Below are positions 9,771 through 21,349 of a DNA stretch of 64,000 bases, one piece after another; positions within the stretch are counted from its first letter, which is position 1; each line of letters begins with the position of its first letter. The position numbers and the translations under genes were made by a program. Where the stretch lies: NCBI GenBank assembly GCA_041695225.1, contig JBGFRI010000037.1, positions 61,647 through 125,646 on the forward strand. Reading direction: 5' to 3'. Origin of the DNA: Deinococcota bacterium (GTDB taxonomy: Bacteria; Deinococcota; Deinococci; Deinococcales; Thermaceae). The notes under the pieces were generated by a model, which was not told the DNA's origin, ran no database searches, and saw only the letters and a list, made by a program, of their open reading frames with translations.

Positions 9771-10880
9771 TTACTGGGCCTCCTTGGTTCTAGGTTCTTC
9801 CCTGGCGGCGAAGGCTTCCCTCGAGAGACCGTGTAATAGCCCCAGAGCCAGCCCGGCCATAATCATGGAATTGCCGCCCATGCTGACCAGGGGCAACGGG
9901 GAGCCCCCAATGGGGACGATACCGATAACGGCTGCGATGTTGAGGGCGGCCTGCAGAACCAGATACAGGGTTAAGCCCAGCGCCAGAACGCTCTTAGAGC
10001 CTTCCAGGTGGGCGGCAATTTGAATGCCCCTGGCCAGTATCAGCCACACGGCCAGCAGGACCATAAAGCCAGCCAGCCAGCCGCCAGCCCAGATGACCGA
10101 GGCCAGCACAAAATCGTTGTGTGATTCGGGAAGGTTGGGCATCCGAGACCCTACCCCCTGTCCAAACGGCCCCGCATTTACGATGATCTTGTGGGCCTGG
10201 GTAATCTGGTACAAAGGTCCCCGCATGGCTTCCGGGCTCAGCTCGGCTACCCGCCCGGTGACATAGGTATGCCAGCCTTCGAAGCGGTCGCGCACTTTTT
10301 CAAAACGATCCAGGTACAGCCCCGAGACCGAGAGCGCCAGAATCCAGGCGGTGGCGCCAATCGCCAACAGACGCCGCCAGGGAACCCCGATAAGCACCAG
10401 CAAGAAGCCCGACAAAAGCAGAACAAACAGGCCGGTATCCAGGTCGGGCGAGGCGATGATCAATCCGGCGGCCAGACTGATAGCCACGATGGGGCCGATG
10501 ATGGGGTAGTCGGTGGGTTTATTGTGAAAAAAGGCCGCCAGGTAGAGCACCACCGCCAGTTTGGCAAACTCTGCGGCCTGGAGGTTGAAGGATGTGAAAG
10601 GTAGGTCGATAAAGCGTCGCTCTCCGCCCGGCCCAAACCCCACCAGCAGATTGGCTACCAGCAGCAAAATTGCCAGGATAAAAAGGGGCCGTGCGGCCCA
10701 GATGGCCCAGTGGGGGCGCAGTTGGGCAACCAGTAACATCAGGGCCAGCGAGATGGCCATATTGCGCAGGTTGTCCAGGCTGTGGGCCTCGGCTGCGGCC
10801 CGCATCCAGTCGGAGGCGGCGACGCCCAGAGCCGAAAGAGCAAAGAGCAGAAGCTGCGCCAGCAGAAGAATACTATCCAC
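9771..10880 (-). CDS. ftsW: SEDS peptidoglycan glycosyltransferase FtsW
   Basis: Multi-TM; QAAEFAK, LPESHNDF, PLPLVSMGG; located in the dcw cluster. Confidence 0.93.
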   Translation of the reverse strand: MDSILLLAQLLLFALSALGVAASDWMRAAAEAHSLDNLRNMAISLALMLLVAQLRPHWAIWAARPLFILAILLLVANLLVGFGPGGERRFIDLPFTSFNLQAAEFAKLAVVLYLAAFFHNKPTDYPIIGPIVAISLAAGLIIASPDLDTGLFVLLLSGFLLVLIGVPWRRLLAIGATAWILALSVSGLYLDRFEKVRDRFEGWHTYVTGRVAELSPEAMRGPLYQITQAHKIIVNAGPFGQGVGSRMPNLPESHNDFVLASVIWAGGWLAGFMVLLAVWLILARGIQIAAHLEGSKSVLALGLTLYLVLQAALNIAAVIGIVPIGGSPLPLVSMGGNSMIMAGLALGLLHGLSREAFAAREEPRTKEAQ

Positions 10881-12177
10881 TCATGCCCCCCAGCGCAAAC
10901 ACCACTTCCCGGAATACCCTGGAGCGCTCCTTATAGTCTTTGAACTGGTCAAACGAGGTGGCCAGTGGAGCCAGCAGCACGCTGCCCGACGCAAGCCTAA
11001 GGCGGGCCTCGCGCACGGCCCGTTCCAGCGCCTTGCGCCCGTCGGGCTCGTCGATCTCCACCACTTCCACCAGGTCTTTGAAAGGTGTTGCCATGCGGCT
11101 TCCGTCGCGGCCTATGGCCAGAATCAGGCTCACCTTGCGCCCTACCAGCTCGCGCAGCTCTTCCACTGGCGCACCCTTGTCTACTCCGCCCAGCACCCAG
11201 GCCACCGGAGCGGGGGCGGCTTCCAGCGCCATGCGTACTGCGTCAATGCGTGTAGCGATTGAGTCATCGATAAACAAAAGTTCGCCGATGCGAGCAAAGA
11301 TGGCGTAGCGGGCCTCGGGCCGGGGGGCCGTAAGGCGGAAGGGCTCGAGGCTCGCGGCCTCTGCCGGAAGGGCCAGAACCCGCTGGGGCTGTTCGCGCTG
11401 CACGATATGGGCATAGGCCAGGGCCGCTTGCAAGGCAGCCCGCAGGTTGGTCTCGCGGGGGTCGCCTGCTACAGGCTCGAAAGGGTAGAGGCGGGCCGGG
11501 CTGCCACGGATGCCCGCCAGAATTCTTTCGTCCCTGGCGTTGTAGACCAGGGCATCCTCGGCCCTCAGATGCCGGATCAGGTTGAACTTGGCGGCGTGGT
11601 AGACCTCCAGGGTGCCGTGGCGGTCGAGGTGGTCTACGCCCAGCAGCAAAAGCACGGCTACCCTGGGGCGCAGGTGCACCACCCGCTCGAGCTGAAAACT
11701 ACTCAGCTCGGCGGCTATTACCTCGGCAAAGAGACCAGGAGTATCCTGCCAGGGCTGGTCTACCACACTGGCCAGAGGTGGGTCAATATTACCCCCCTCT
11801 AAAGCCCGAAAACCCAGTGCTCGCAGAAAGTGTCCGGTAAACATGGTACAGCTGGTCTTGCCGGCGGTGCCGGTAATGCCCACCAGGGGGGTGGGGCAGT
11901 GCCGGTAGACCAGCTCGGCCTCGCCGATGACCTCGGCCCCCCCTTTTCGCAGCGCTTCCAGCCGGGGATGCTGGATGGGCACCCCAGGGGCGGCAACCAC
12001 CTCCTGGTACCGGCCTGGCTGGGGGTCGGGGTCGGGCTCGAAGCCCAGGGCCTGGGCCCGGGCCACCTCTTCGGGCCTGGGCTGGTCGTCGAAAAAGCGG
12101 GCCGGCATGCTGCGTCTTTGCAGAAAGCCCAGCACCCCCAGGCCACTGCGCCCCAGGCCATAGACCAGTCTGTTCAC
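10873..12177 (-). CDS. murD: UDP-MurNAc-L-Ala--D-Glu ligase
   Basis: GLGRSG, GITGTAGKTS, ELSSFQLE, DHLDRH, SFDQF. GTG start overlaps the mraY stop. Confidence 0.96.
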   Translation of the reverse strand: MNRLVYGLGRSGLGVLGFLQRRSMPARFFDDQPRPEEVARAQALGFEPDPDPQPGRYQEVVAAPGVPIQHPRLEALRKGGAEVIGEAELVYRHCPTPLVGITGTAGKTSCTMFTGHFLRALGFRALEGGNIDPPLASVVDQPWQDTPGLFAEVIAAELSSFQLERVVHLRPRVAVLLLLGVDHLDRHGTLEVYHAAKFNLIRHLRAEDALVYNARDERILAGIRGSPARLYPFEPVAGDPRETNLRAALQAALAYAHIVQREQPQRVLALPAEAASLEPFRLTAPRPEARYAIFARIGELLFIDDSIATRIDAVRMALEAAPAPVAWVLGGVDKGAPVEELRELVGRKVSLILAIGRDGSRMATPFKDLVEVVEIDEPDGRKALERAVREARLRLASGSVLLAPLATSFDQFKDYKERSRVFREVVFALGGMSG

Positions 12178-13043
12178 GAAAGACCTCCCCACAGATGTAT
12201 GGCCAGCGCCGTACAGAGCGCCGTCACCACGGTAAAGCGGAAGACCACCTTGCCCTCGGGCCAGCCCGAGAGCTCAAAATGATGGTGCAGGGGGCTCATC
12301 TTGAGAATGCGCCGGCCGGTGCGGCGATAGTAGGCGACCTGGACCAGGACCGAGAGCACCTCGAGTACCGGAATCAGCGCTACCAGAGGTAGCCACCATA
12401 GCTTGCCTTCCAGAATGAACAGCCCGGCCGCCATAGCGCCCAGGGCCATGCTACCGGTATCGCCCATAAACACGCTGGCCTTTGGAGCGTTGTGCCAGAG
12501 GAAACCCAGCAGGGCTCCAATCATGGCCTGGGCTATGGGCAGACTTGCAAACGGCAAAAAAATTACCACCGAGACGCTGGTCAGCAGGCCGTCCACCCCA
12601 TCGGTGAAGTTGAAGGCGTTGCAGGCCGCCACAATCACCAGGGCGAAGAGGACCATGTCGAGCAGGGGGTAGGGGGTGTACTGGATCTGCTGAGTTGCCC
12701 AGATGGCAAAGGTCAGGCTCATTACTCCCTGAACAGCCAGCTTTTCGCGGGCCCTCAAAGGGCGCCTCAACAAACCAGCCAGGTCGTCGGCCAGGCCCAG
12801 TAAGGCCATGCCCAGTACCAGCAGCCAGAGCCCCACCCACTTATCGCCTCCGGCCAGCCCGTAGACTATGGCCGCAGCCAGCAGGAAAGCCACCCCGCCC
12901 ATGCTGGGTGTGCCCGTTTTTGCCAGGTGGCTGGGTGGACCATCGGCCCGCACCTGCTTGCCCATTCTTAGCGACTGCATCAGGGTAATCCACAGCCCTA
13001 CCAGAAACCAGCTCAGCAGAGCGGCAGCGACGAGGGTGGTCAT
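12174..13043 (-). CDS. mraY: Phospho-MurNAc-pentapeptide transferase
   Basis: KTGTPSMGG, NFTDGVDGL, FMGDTGS, PLHHHFEL. Confidence 0.98.
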   Translation of the reverse strand: MTTLVAAALLSWFLVGLWITLMQSLRMGKQVRADGPPSHLAKTGTPSMGGVAFLLAAAIVYGLAGGDKWVGLWLLVLGMALLGLADDLAGLLRRPLRAREKLAVQGVMSLTFAIWATQQIQYTPYPLLDMVLFALVIVAACNAFNFTDGVDGLLTSVSVVIFLPFASLPIAQAMIGALLGFLWHNAPKASVFMGDTGSMALGAMAAGLFILEGKLWWLPLVALIPVLEVLSVLVQVAYYRRTGRRILKMSPLHHHFELSGWPEGKVVFRFTVVTALCTALAIHLWGGLS

Positions 13044-13987
13044 GGAGCCTCCTTGCTAAGCGGGAGCGCTCTGGAGGAGAATAGCAGGTGATCACAGACG
13101 GGGGAGGGAAGAGGCGACGGGCTTTGCAAATGTCCAGTGGCTTTCGAGCTTCGACCCTCGACCCTGGCCCACTCTGCTACCCGTCCGGCCCCGCCTGCCA
13201 GATCCAGGTTGAGCCGTAGCGTAAGCAGCCGGCCGGCTTGCAGGGTATAAAGGTAGTGGCCATCGCTCTTCAGGCCCTCGAAGGCCCCGGCCCGGAAGCC
13301 AAGCCGCAGACCCTCGAGGCTCAGCCGGTGGATGGCGTCGGCAGTGAGCACATAAAGGTCGTCCAGCACCACTGCAGCCCGGACAGTACCTGGCAGCGGG
13401 ATGCGCAGGTTGTCGGGGTGGCGAAAGGCCTCGCGGCCAAAGGCATACACATAGCGCTGGCTGGCGGCCAGCAGGGTGAAGCGTCCCTCGGCCAGGCGGC
13501 GCCGGTCCAGGTTGAAGCCGTGCTCGTCGAGCCAGAACACGCCCTCTGGTGTGTGGAGCGCATCCCTGGCCCGGAATAGCAAAGTGCCCAGCCCTGGCAC
13601 AAATAACCGGTCTTCAAAGCCGACCAGCGGCAGCGGTCTGGCCCGCACAAAACTCGGAACACCCGGCAGGGGCAGGCTCTGATGGATAAACCCGTCCCGA
13701 TAAATCAACAACATAAACGGGTAGGCCGCCAACAACTTGTCGCCAGCCCGGGCTGCCGCCAGGGGTGGGTTGGGCAGGGCCAGTTGCAGCCCAATGGCCC
13801 GTACAAACCGTCCTTCTACTACACCCCCCTCAATTAAAATGGGCGCGGGAGCGACAGGCGCGGGCGCAGGCTGGGCCTGAGGCGCGCACGCCGCTATCGC
13901 CAGCACCAGCAACAGGCCGAGGGCCAAAAACATCCTCGAGGCCTGGGTTTTTTGTACCCAGGGCCTCGGGTATCTCCGGCGGCTCAT
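13040..13987 (-). CDS. Hypothetical lipoprotein inside the dcw cluster
   Basis: Lipobox IAAC and a Pro-rich linker; start/stop overlaps with both murF and mraY. Confidence 0.75.
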   Translation of the reverse strand: MSRRRYPRPWVQKTQASRMFLALGLLLVLAIAACAPQAQPAPAPVAPAPILIEGGVVEGRFVRAIGLQLALPNPPLAAARAGDKLLAAYPFMLLIYRDGFIHQSLPLPGVPSFVRARPLPLVGFEDRLFVPGLGTLLFRARDALHTPEGVFWLDEHGFNLDRRRLAEGRFTLLAASQRYVYAFGREAFRHPDNLRIPLPGTVRAAVVLDDLYVLTADAIHRLSLEGLRLGFRAGAFEGLKSDGHYLYTLQAGRLLTLRLNLDLAGGAGRVAEWARVEGRSSKATGHLQSPSPLPSPVCDHLLFSSRALPLSKEAP

Positions 13988-15285
13988 AGACTCTCCTGTG
14001 GCCAAAGTTCCAGCAGGCGCTCCAGCCCCACGCTGCGGGATGCCTTAAGGTAGACCAGGTCACCCGGCTCTACAGCGGAGGTGAGAAACTCGACTGCGGC
14101 TTCGATGGTCTCTACCGCGGTTCCACCAGCCAGGGCGGTTTGTTGCTGGGCAAATGGCCCGATAAAGACCAGATGTGGGCTGACAGTGGCGGCCAGACTG
14201 GCGGCCTCGAGGTGATGCTGCAGGGCTTCCTGGCCCAGTTCGGCCATGCGGCCCAGCACCAGCCATTTGCGGCCCGGCTGGGTTTTAAGGTATTCTATTC
14301 CCGCCCGAAAGGAAAGGGGATTGGAGTTGTAGGCGTCGTTGATGAAGTCAACCGCCCCCAGCCTTTGCCGCTGCATCCGGCCTGAGGGCAGGGTTAGTGC
14401 AGCCAGACGCTCAATGGTCTGACCAAGGGACTGGCCCAGCATCTGAGTGGCAGCCAGAGCAGCCAGGGCGCCCATTACCGGGCCCACCCCGGGGTAGGGC
14501 AGGGTGACGGGGCGGCCCTCGAAACGAAACTGGCTAGACCTGGGGCCCATCTCTAGCTGTTTGGCCTGAAAATCACCGGCCTCGAGGCCATAAGTACGCA
14601 GGCCGGGCAGCCGTACCAGCTCGGCGGCCTGGGTGCTGGCCAGACGCACCGGGCTCGCCTGGAGCAACCAGGTTTCCTCACGGATGATGTTCTCGAGGTT
14701 GCCCAGCCCTTCCAGGTGCTCCACCCCAAGGCTGGTCAGCACGGCAAAATCGGGCCGGGCCAGATAGCTCAGCTCGGCCATCTCCAAAAGCCGGTCAATG
14801 CCCAGTTCGACCACGCAGCCCGGAGCATCTTGCAGATGGAAGAAAAAACGCACCAGACCCGGCGCATTGTTGAGATTTCCCTCTGGTGCAGGCCAGGCCA
14901 GCCCCTGGGCCAGGCATTCTTTGGTGGTGGTCTTGCCGGAGCTGCCGCCCACTGCCAGCACCACCCCGCCAAACCTGTCTCGCAGTGCTCGTCCTACGGC
15001 TAACAGTGCCCGCTCGGGTCTGGCTACCTGCACCGAGCCAGTATGAGCCATGTCGGTCACCACGAAGGGTGCACCTGCCGAGTAGGCTTGCAAGCCAAAC
15101 TCCCGCCCATGCACCTTAGCGCCGGGCAGGGCAAAAAATGCCACTCCAGGCTCTATTTTACGCGAGTCCCAGTGCAGGTCTGTGGCCGGCATAGCGCCCG
15201 TATGAACCCTCCCGCCGGTCAGGCTGGCGATCCATTCGGGTCGGAGTTCTCTGGCCTCTGTCACTTGCACAACATCCTCACTCAA
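13984..15285 (-). CDS. murF: UDP-MurNAc-tripeptide--D-Ala-D-Ala ligase
   Basis: GSSGKTTTKE, NDAYNSNP, LGRMAELG, KASR. Confidence 0.95.
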   Translation of the reverse strand: MSEDVVQVTEARELRPEWIASLTGGRVHTGAMPATDLHWDSRKIEPGVAFFALPGAKVHGREFGLQAYSAGAPFVVTDMAHTGSVQVARPERALLAVGRALRDRFGGVVLAVGGSSGKTTTKECLAQGLAWPAPEGNLNNAPGLVRFFFHLQDAPGCVVELGIDRLLEMAELSYLARPDFAVLTSLGVEHLEGLGNLENIIREETWLLQASPVRLASTQAAELVRLPGLRTYGLEAGDFQAKQLEMGPRSSQFRFEGRPVTLPYPGVGPVMGALAALAATQMLGQSLGQTIERLAALTLPSGRMQRQRLGAVDFINDAYNSNPLSFRAGIEYLKTQPGRKWLVLGRMAELGQEALQHHLEAASLAATVSPHLVFIGPFAQQQTALAGGTAVETIEAAVEFLTSAVEPGDLVYLKASRSVGLERLLELWPQESL

Positions 15286-15312
15286 GTATCGTCCTCAAGA
15301 TGCACAAAACAC

Positions 15313-16721
15313 TCATCTGTTATCCAGTCTACCCCGGGTTGATGAGCTATCCAAGCTGGGCGGGACGCCCCAAAGGGCAAACAGCCGGGCGGCAATATCG
15401 CGGTAAATGGGGGCTGCTACCTGAGAGCCGTGAAAGCGCGGCCCTTTGGGGTGAAATAACGCCACCACCACCGTCACTCTGGGCTCATCGCCCGGGATGA
15501 ACCCGGCAAACAGCGCCGTAAAAACACTGCGGCTATACCGCCCATCTACTACTACCTGGGCGGTGCCGGTCTTACCAGAGAGCAAGTAGCCAGCCAGGCG
15601 GGCATTTTGCGTCAGGTTGTCGCTGAGCGTTCGGCGTATATCGCGGGCTACCTGAGGACGAAAAACCTGCTCAGTGGCAGAGGCGTTCCCTTCAAACAGA
15701 ACTGGTTGACGGTAAATGCCATCGTTAGCCAGGGTGTTGAAGGCGGCGGTAAGGTGCAAAGGGGTAATCAAAAAGCCCTGGCCGAAGGTGGCGTTGGCAT
15801 ACTCGGCTGGCCCCCACCGGGTTACCGGACGCACCTGGGGGCTGGCAACCTGCACGTTTATACGGGGATAGTAGGAGAGCGGAGGCAAAACCTGCTGGTT
15901 CCACAAACGCATTCTCTCAAAATAATCGTATAGCCTCTGGGGTGGAATGCGCTCGGCCAGAGTGGATATGCCCACGTTGGACGAGTACTTGAGCACCTCG
16001 CTCAAGGTCAGGTTCTGGTCGTGTCTGATCACGTCGCTGATGGTCCAGCCGGCAATCCGCCGGCTCATGGGGGCTTCAACGCGGGTGTCCAGTCTGGCTA
16101 CGTTTTCCTCGAGTAGAACGGCCGCGGTCAGGGCCTTGATGGTGGAGCCTGGCTCCAGGGCATACATAAAGGCATGGTTGCGCCAGGATAGGTCAGTTTC
16201 AGGCGACCTGCGCGGTGCAGCAGGGTCGAATTGCGGCCCGTTGGCCACTGCCAGCAGCCGGCCAGTCTTGGTCTCCATTACCACCACCGCGCCCCAGTCG
16301 GCCCGGGCAGCCGCGACACCCCTCCACAGGGCTTGCTCGGCGATGGACTGCACCACCGGATCTATGGTCAGACGCAGGCTGTGGCCTTGCAACAGCAGCT
16401 TTTCCAGGTCGCGCTCGAGTCCCGAAAGCCCCCGGCCGGTGCTGCGCTCGCCAAAACCAATGAGCTGGCTGCCAGAAAGCCCCAGCGGATACAAGCGGGC
16501 CTGGTCCTTAGAGCTAATGGCCAGAGGGGTGCCATCCGAGGCCTCCAGGCGGCCACGCAGCGGCGGTAGCTCCGCCGTCGGGGCCGAACGTAGCAGCAGG
16601 CTGGGCGCATTGTGCCACAATACATAAGAGCCGTATCCCAGCCCCAGCACAAAAGCCATAAAAGCCAGAATCAGCACCCAGCCACGGTGCAGGGTGGCTG
16701 GTTCGCTGGTGCCCAGCCGGT

Positions 16722-16725
<4 letters not shown>
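15313..16725 (-). CDS. ftsI: Class B penicillin-binding protein (FtsI)
   Basis: EPGSTIK (SxxK), SSN (SxN), KTGT; follows ftsL. Confidence 0.92.
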
Positions 16726-18070
<1,345 letters not shown>

Positions 18071-18505
18071 TCATCCAATCAGCCCGCGTAGGACCTCGGG
18101 AGAAGAGGGGTTTTGCACAAATTTGGTGATGTTCTCCCACCAGCGGCTCTCGCTCCACAGCTCCAGGCGGGTGGGCGCACCCACTACTACCGCGTCGCTG
18201 GTGTCCTCGAGCCCGGCAAATTTGCGTAGTGGTGGGGGAACTGTCACCCTCGAGGCGTTGTCCATCTGGGTCTTGTGCGCCCCCGAATACAAAAAGCGCA
18301 CCAGCTCCTGGGCTGGCCGGTCAATCAGGGGTACGTTTTGCAGCTGGCGCTCGATGTTGCTCCAGGTCAGCACGGGGTACATGTAAAGGCAGCCCTCGAG
18401 GCCGCGGGTGATCACCACGCCATCCTCAATAAACGGACGGAAGGGCTGGGGGATCACAACCCTTCCCTTGTCATCGAGGCTGTACTGGTGTTCACCGAAG
18501 GGCAT
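18071..18505 (-). CDS. mraZ: Division/cell wall cluster repressor MraZ
   Basis: LDDKGRV and MDNASRV duplicated motifs; first gene of dcw. Confidence 0.98.
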   Translation of the reverse strand: MPFGEHQYSLDDKGRVVIPQPFRPFIEDGVVITRGLEGCLYMYPVLTWSNIERQLQNVPLIDRPAQELVRFLYSGAHKTQMDNASRVTVPPPLRKFAGLEDTSDAVVVGAPTRLELWSESRWWENITKFVQNPSSPEVLRGLIG

Positions 18506-18590
18506 CTTGTTTCCTCCTAGATCGGCCTGGTCTTTTGGCTCGCCTCACTTCGTGCGCCTTCCAGCGGCGGTGCTTTTCTGAGCAGTAATG

Positions 18591-18630
18591 TACCACGGTT
18601 TCCCCACGTTTTACCACTATCTCCCACCGT
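18591..18630 (-). promoter_or_regulatory. MraZ operator (GTGG repeats)
   Basis: Four CCAC (GTGG on minus strand) at 18593, 18604, 18614 and 18624, i.e. 10-11 bp period, upstream of mraZ. Matches known MraZ binding repeats. Confidence 0.8.
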
Positions 18631-18847
18631 TACGTCTGCTTTTCCCACCCATTTGCCGATTAGCTGGGCCGGACTCCCACAAAGTCACCACGTCCATCCG
18701 GCAGCAGAGCCTAGTAGAGTTAAGTTGTCTGGAACGAAGAAAAAGCCATGCACCAACACCAGAAAGACCGGTAAAGTCTCTGCTCTTAAAAGCGGAAAGA
18801 AGCCTTCCTAAAAGGGCCTTAATACTCGGAAGAGCCTCAGTGGTCAT

Positions 18848-19118
18848 GGCCGATAGCTGATAGCCGATTGCTTATGGCCTATAGCTGATAGCGGATAGCT
18901 TTCGACCTGAGACCTGAAACCTTCGACTAACTTTCGACCTGCGACATTCCATTAGCCCATTAGCCCATAGCTAATAGCCGATAGCCCATGGCGGATAGCT
19001 TTTGACCAGCGACCCGAGACCTGAGACCTGCGGCTAACTTTTACCCTCGACCCTTGACTAACTCTTGACCCTCGACCTTAGACCTTCTACTTTCGACTAT
19101 CTTTCAACCTGCGACATT
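18848..19118. repeat. Long mixed 7-bp tandem array
   Basis: Alternating GATAGCC/GATAGCT and TCGACCT/GAGACCT blocks. Confidence 0.85.
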
Positions 19119-19127
19119 ATTTGTTAT

Positions 19128-19775
19128 TTATTCTGTGGTAGCTTCGAGACCCTTGCTCCTTGCAGCAAGCGATTTAGTCATCTGCTTGTGGCAGGGCTGG
19201 CACAGTGTTCGCAAATTTTCAGGCGTGTGTGTGCCGCCCTCCACCACGGGCAGAATATGGTGAGCCTCCCACAAGTCTGAGGGCTTCTTCCAGGCTTTGC
19301 GGGGCCGCCAGCTCTGGGGCAGTTCTACAGCAAAGCCGTGAAAGCCACGCCGGGTCAGTTCGGTGGTGATCTGACTATAAGCAGCTCTCAGCTCCTGATA
19401 TGCACCCAGGCAGTACAGGTTCTGCTCAGATCGGTTTTCGCGGCCTATCTGGACCGCGGCCTTCCAAAGCTTCGTCAGGCTACTCTTGAGCTTGCGGGTG
19501 TCGGTGCCACAGATCTGGCAGACGCCTTTCTCGCGTGCTCGCAGCCGCTGACGGGCATAGTTCCAGTGGGCCTGCAAACGGTACTTCTGCACGCACTCGT
19601 CACTGCACCAGGTTCGGCGGCGCGGGGGTACTTCGTTGTGGCAGTGCACATAGCGGCACAACCTGCGCCCGTTAGGACCGCAAACTTCGTACTGGCGTAG
19701 CAGCTCCCTGCCAATAAGCCGGCGGCTCACAACTAAGAGTTTAGTAGATTCACCGGATGAAGCCGCAAAGGGCAT
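19128..19775 (-). CDS. HNH endonuclease with zinc-binding motifs
   Basis: CRYVHC..WCSDEC, CQIC, WEAHHILPVVEGG...NLRTLCQPCHK. Start uncertain. Confidence 0.85.
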   Translation of the reverse strand: MPFAASSGESTKLLVVSRRLIGRELLRQYEVCGPNGRRLCRYVHCHNEVPPRRRTWCSDECVQKYRLQAHWNYARQRLRAREKGVCQICGTDTRKLKSSLTKLWKAAVQIGRENRSEQNLYCLGAYQELRAAYSQITTELTRRGFHGFAVELPQSWRPRKAWKKPSDLWEAHHILPVVEGGTHTPENLRTLCQPCHKQMTKSLAARSKGLEATTE

Positions 19776-19811
19776 GTCAGGCCGTACAGTGTTAAGAGCT
19801 GGGCGAAGCGG

Positions 19812-19996
19812 CCGAAGGTCGAAAGTCTAAGGTCTAAGGCCGCCCCCGTGGCGCACGGGCCACCGCCCTTCCCGAAGGGGATTTTCCCTCTGGAGCACGG
19901 ACTTTAGTCTAAGGTCGAAAGTCTAAGGTCGAAAGTCTAAGGTGTAAGACCGTCCCGCTGGTGCATCGAGTGCGCTCCGTCCCGAAGGGGATCGTC
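19812..19996 (+). repeat. 7-bp arrays with TCCCGAAGGGGA modules
   Basis: Two (CGAAAGT/CTAAGGT)n blocks, each followed by CCCGAAGGGGAT; same layout as 20870-21175. Confidence 0.8.
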
Positions 19997-20097
19997 AAAA
20001 GTAGTGCAGTAAGTCAAGAACCCGTACTGGCCAGGGGTCAAGTGGGATGTTTATGCAGCCTACCATGAAAGCGCTGACTGGCCGCTAGAATGAGGTC

Positions 20098-20310
20098 ATG
20101 AAAATTGAGTTCAGAGAAAATGGCTCTATCGGGATCGAGACGGGTGGCAGGTACGTGTACCGCTATGGCGATCAGGAGGTGGTAATTGAAAAGGGCCGGG
20201 TCTCGCTGTGCCGTTGCGGGCACTCGGCCAACAAGCCCTACTGCGATGGAACGCACAAGACAGTGGGTTTCGTCGCCCCGCCGGCGGTGATCGAGGTGGA
20301 CGCCCAGTAA
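20098..20310 (+). CDS. CDGSH iron-sulfur domain protein
   Basis: LCRCGHSANKPYCDGTH; TAGAAT lies 6 nt before the ATG. Confidence 0.93.
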   Translation: MKIEFRENGSIGIETGGRYVYRYGDQEVVIEKGRVSLCRCGHSANKPYCDGTHKTVGFVAPPAVIEVDAQ

Positions 20311-20402
20311 TGGGCTTTGCCGAGTAGATATCCTCGACTACCCGGAAGCAAGAGACATCTGCCCCCGGCGCTGAGGGGTATCCTGGTAGCGAGGTGATAG
20401 CG

Positions 20403-20840
20403 ATGTTGGTCAAGGACTGCATGACCCCAGTTCCGGATGTAGTCACGCCCGATGTTAAGGTACCCGAAGCTGCCCAGATCATGAAGAAAGGGGGGTTCCG
20501 CCGGCTTCCGGTTGTCAAGGAGGGCCGTTTGATTGGTATTATCACCGATCGCGACCTCAAAGAAGCCATGCCCTCGGATGCCACCTCGCTTTCCATCTGG
20601 GAGCTCAACTACTTAATTTCCCGGCTTACTGTGGGTGAGATCATGACCCGCGACCCCATTACAGTCGCCGACACCATGCCCCTCCAGGCTGCTGCTAAGC
20701 TGATGCTCGAGCACAAAATAGGGGGCTTGCCGGTGGTGCATGATGACAAACTGGTGGGCATTGTGACTGTGACCGATGTGCTTAAGGCTTTTTTGAAGCG
20801 CGAGGCCGAGCTGCTTGTCGGGGCAGAAACCAGCCCGTAG
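20403..20840 (+). CDS. CBS-pair protein (AcuB-like)
   Basis: Two CBS repeats (RRLPVV..GIITDRDL; GGLPVV..GIVTVTD); PSDATSLSIWE. Confidence 0.9.
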   Translation: MLVKDCMTPVPDVVTPDVKVPEAAQIMKKGGFRRLPVVKEGRLIGIITDRDLKEAMPSDATSLSIWELNYLISRLTVGEIMTRDPITVADTMPLQAAAKLMLEHKIGGLPVVHDDKLVGIVTVTDVLKAFLKREAELLVGAETSP

Positions 20841-20942
20841 CCCGTCTGCACTTCGTGCTGGACACATCTGGTCGAAGCTCTAAGGTCGTCTTGCTGGCGC
20901 AAGGACTTCAGTCTAGGGTCGAAGGTCGAAAGTCGAAGGTCG

Positions 20943-21081
20943 AAAGCCTAAGGCCAAAAGCCTAAGGCCAAAAGCCTAAGGCCAAAAGCCTAAGGCCAAA
21001 AGCCTAAGGCCAAAAGCCTAAGGCCAAAAGCCTAAGGCCAAAAGCCTAAGGCCAAAAGCCTAAGGCCAAAAGCCTAAGGCC
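20943..21081 (+). repeat. Perfect 14-bp tandem repeat, about 10 copies
   Basis: AAAGCCTAAGGCCA x9 plus 13 of 14 nt of a tenth copy, inside a larger 7-bp-array element (20870-21175). Confidence 0.97.
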
Positions 21082-21349
21082 TCAGACCCTCTCAATGGTG
21101 CATGGAGCACGCCCCTTTCCGAAGGGGATCGTCCCACTAGTAGACCGACCTCAGTCCGTCCCGAAGGGGATGGTCTGGCTGGTGTAGAGGGGCTTGTGCC
21201 AGTCCTGATGCCCCCCTTTGGCTGCTAACAGCCTCAATCGGTGTCTGGATGGCCAGACTTCCCACGACCCAGCCTTTGCCTGCCTCTGAAACCCTTTTAC
21301 CTCTGGGAGAGAGACCGGGGGAGAGCAAGCGTGTGTTTGTCGGTTCGCA

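Noticed and set aside
15285..15313. murE (and ddl) missing from the dcw cluster
   Set aside because: Relocation of these genes is common; nothing suggests loss from the genome.
20943..21081. CRISPR-like array
   Set aside because: Head-to-tail 14-bp repeat with no spacers.
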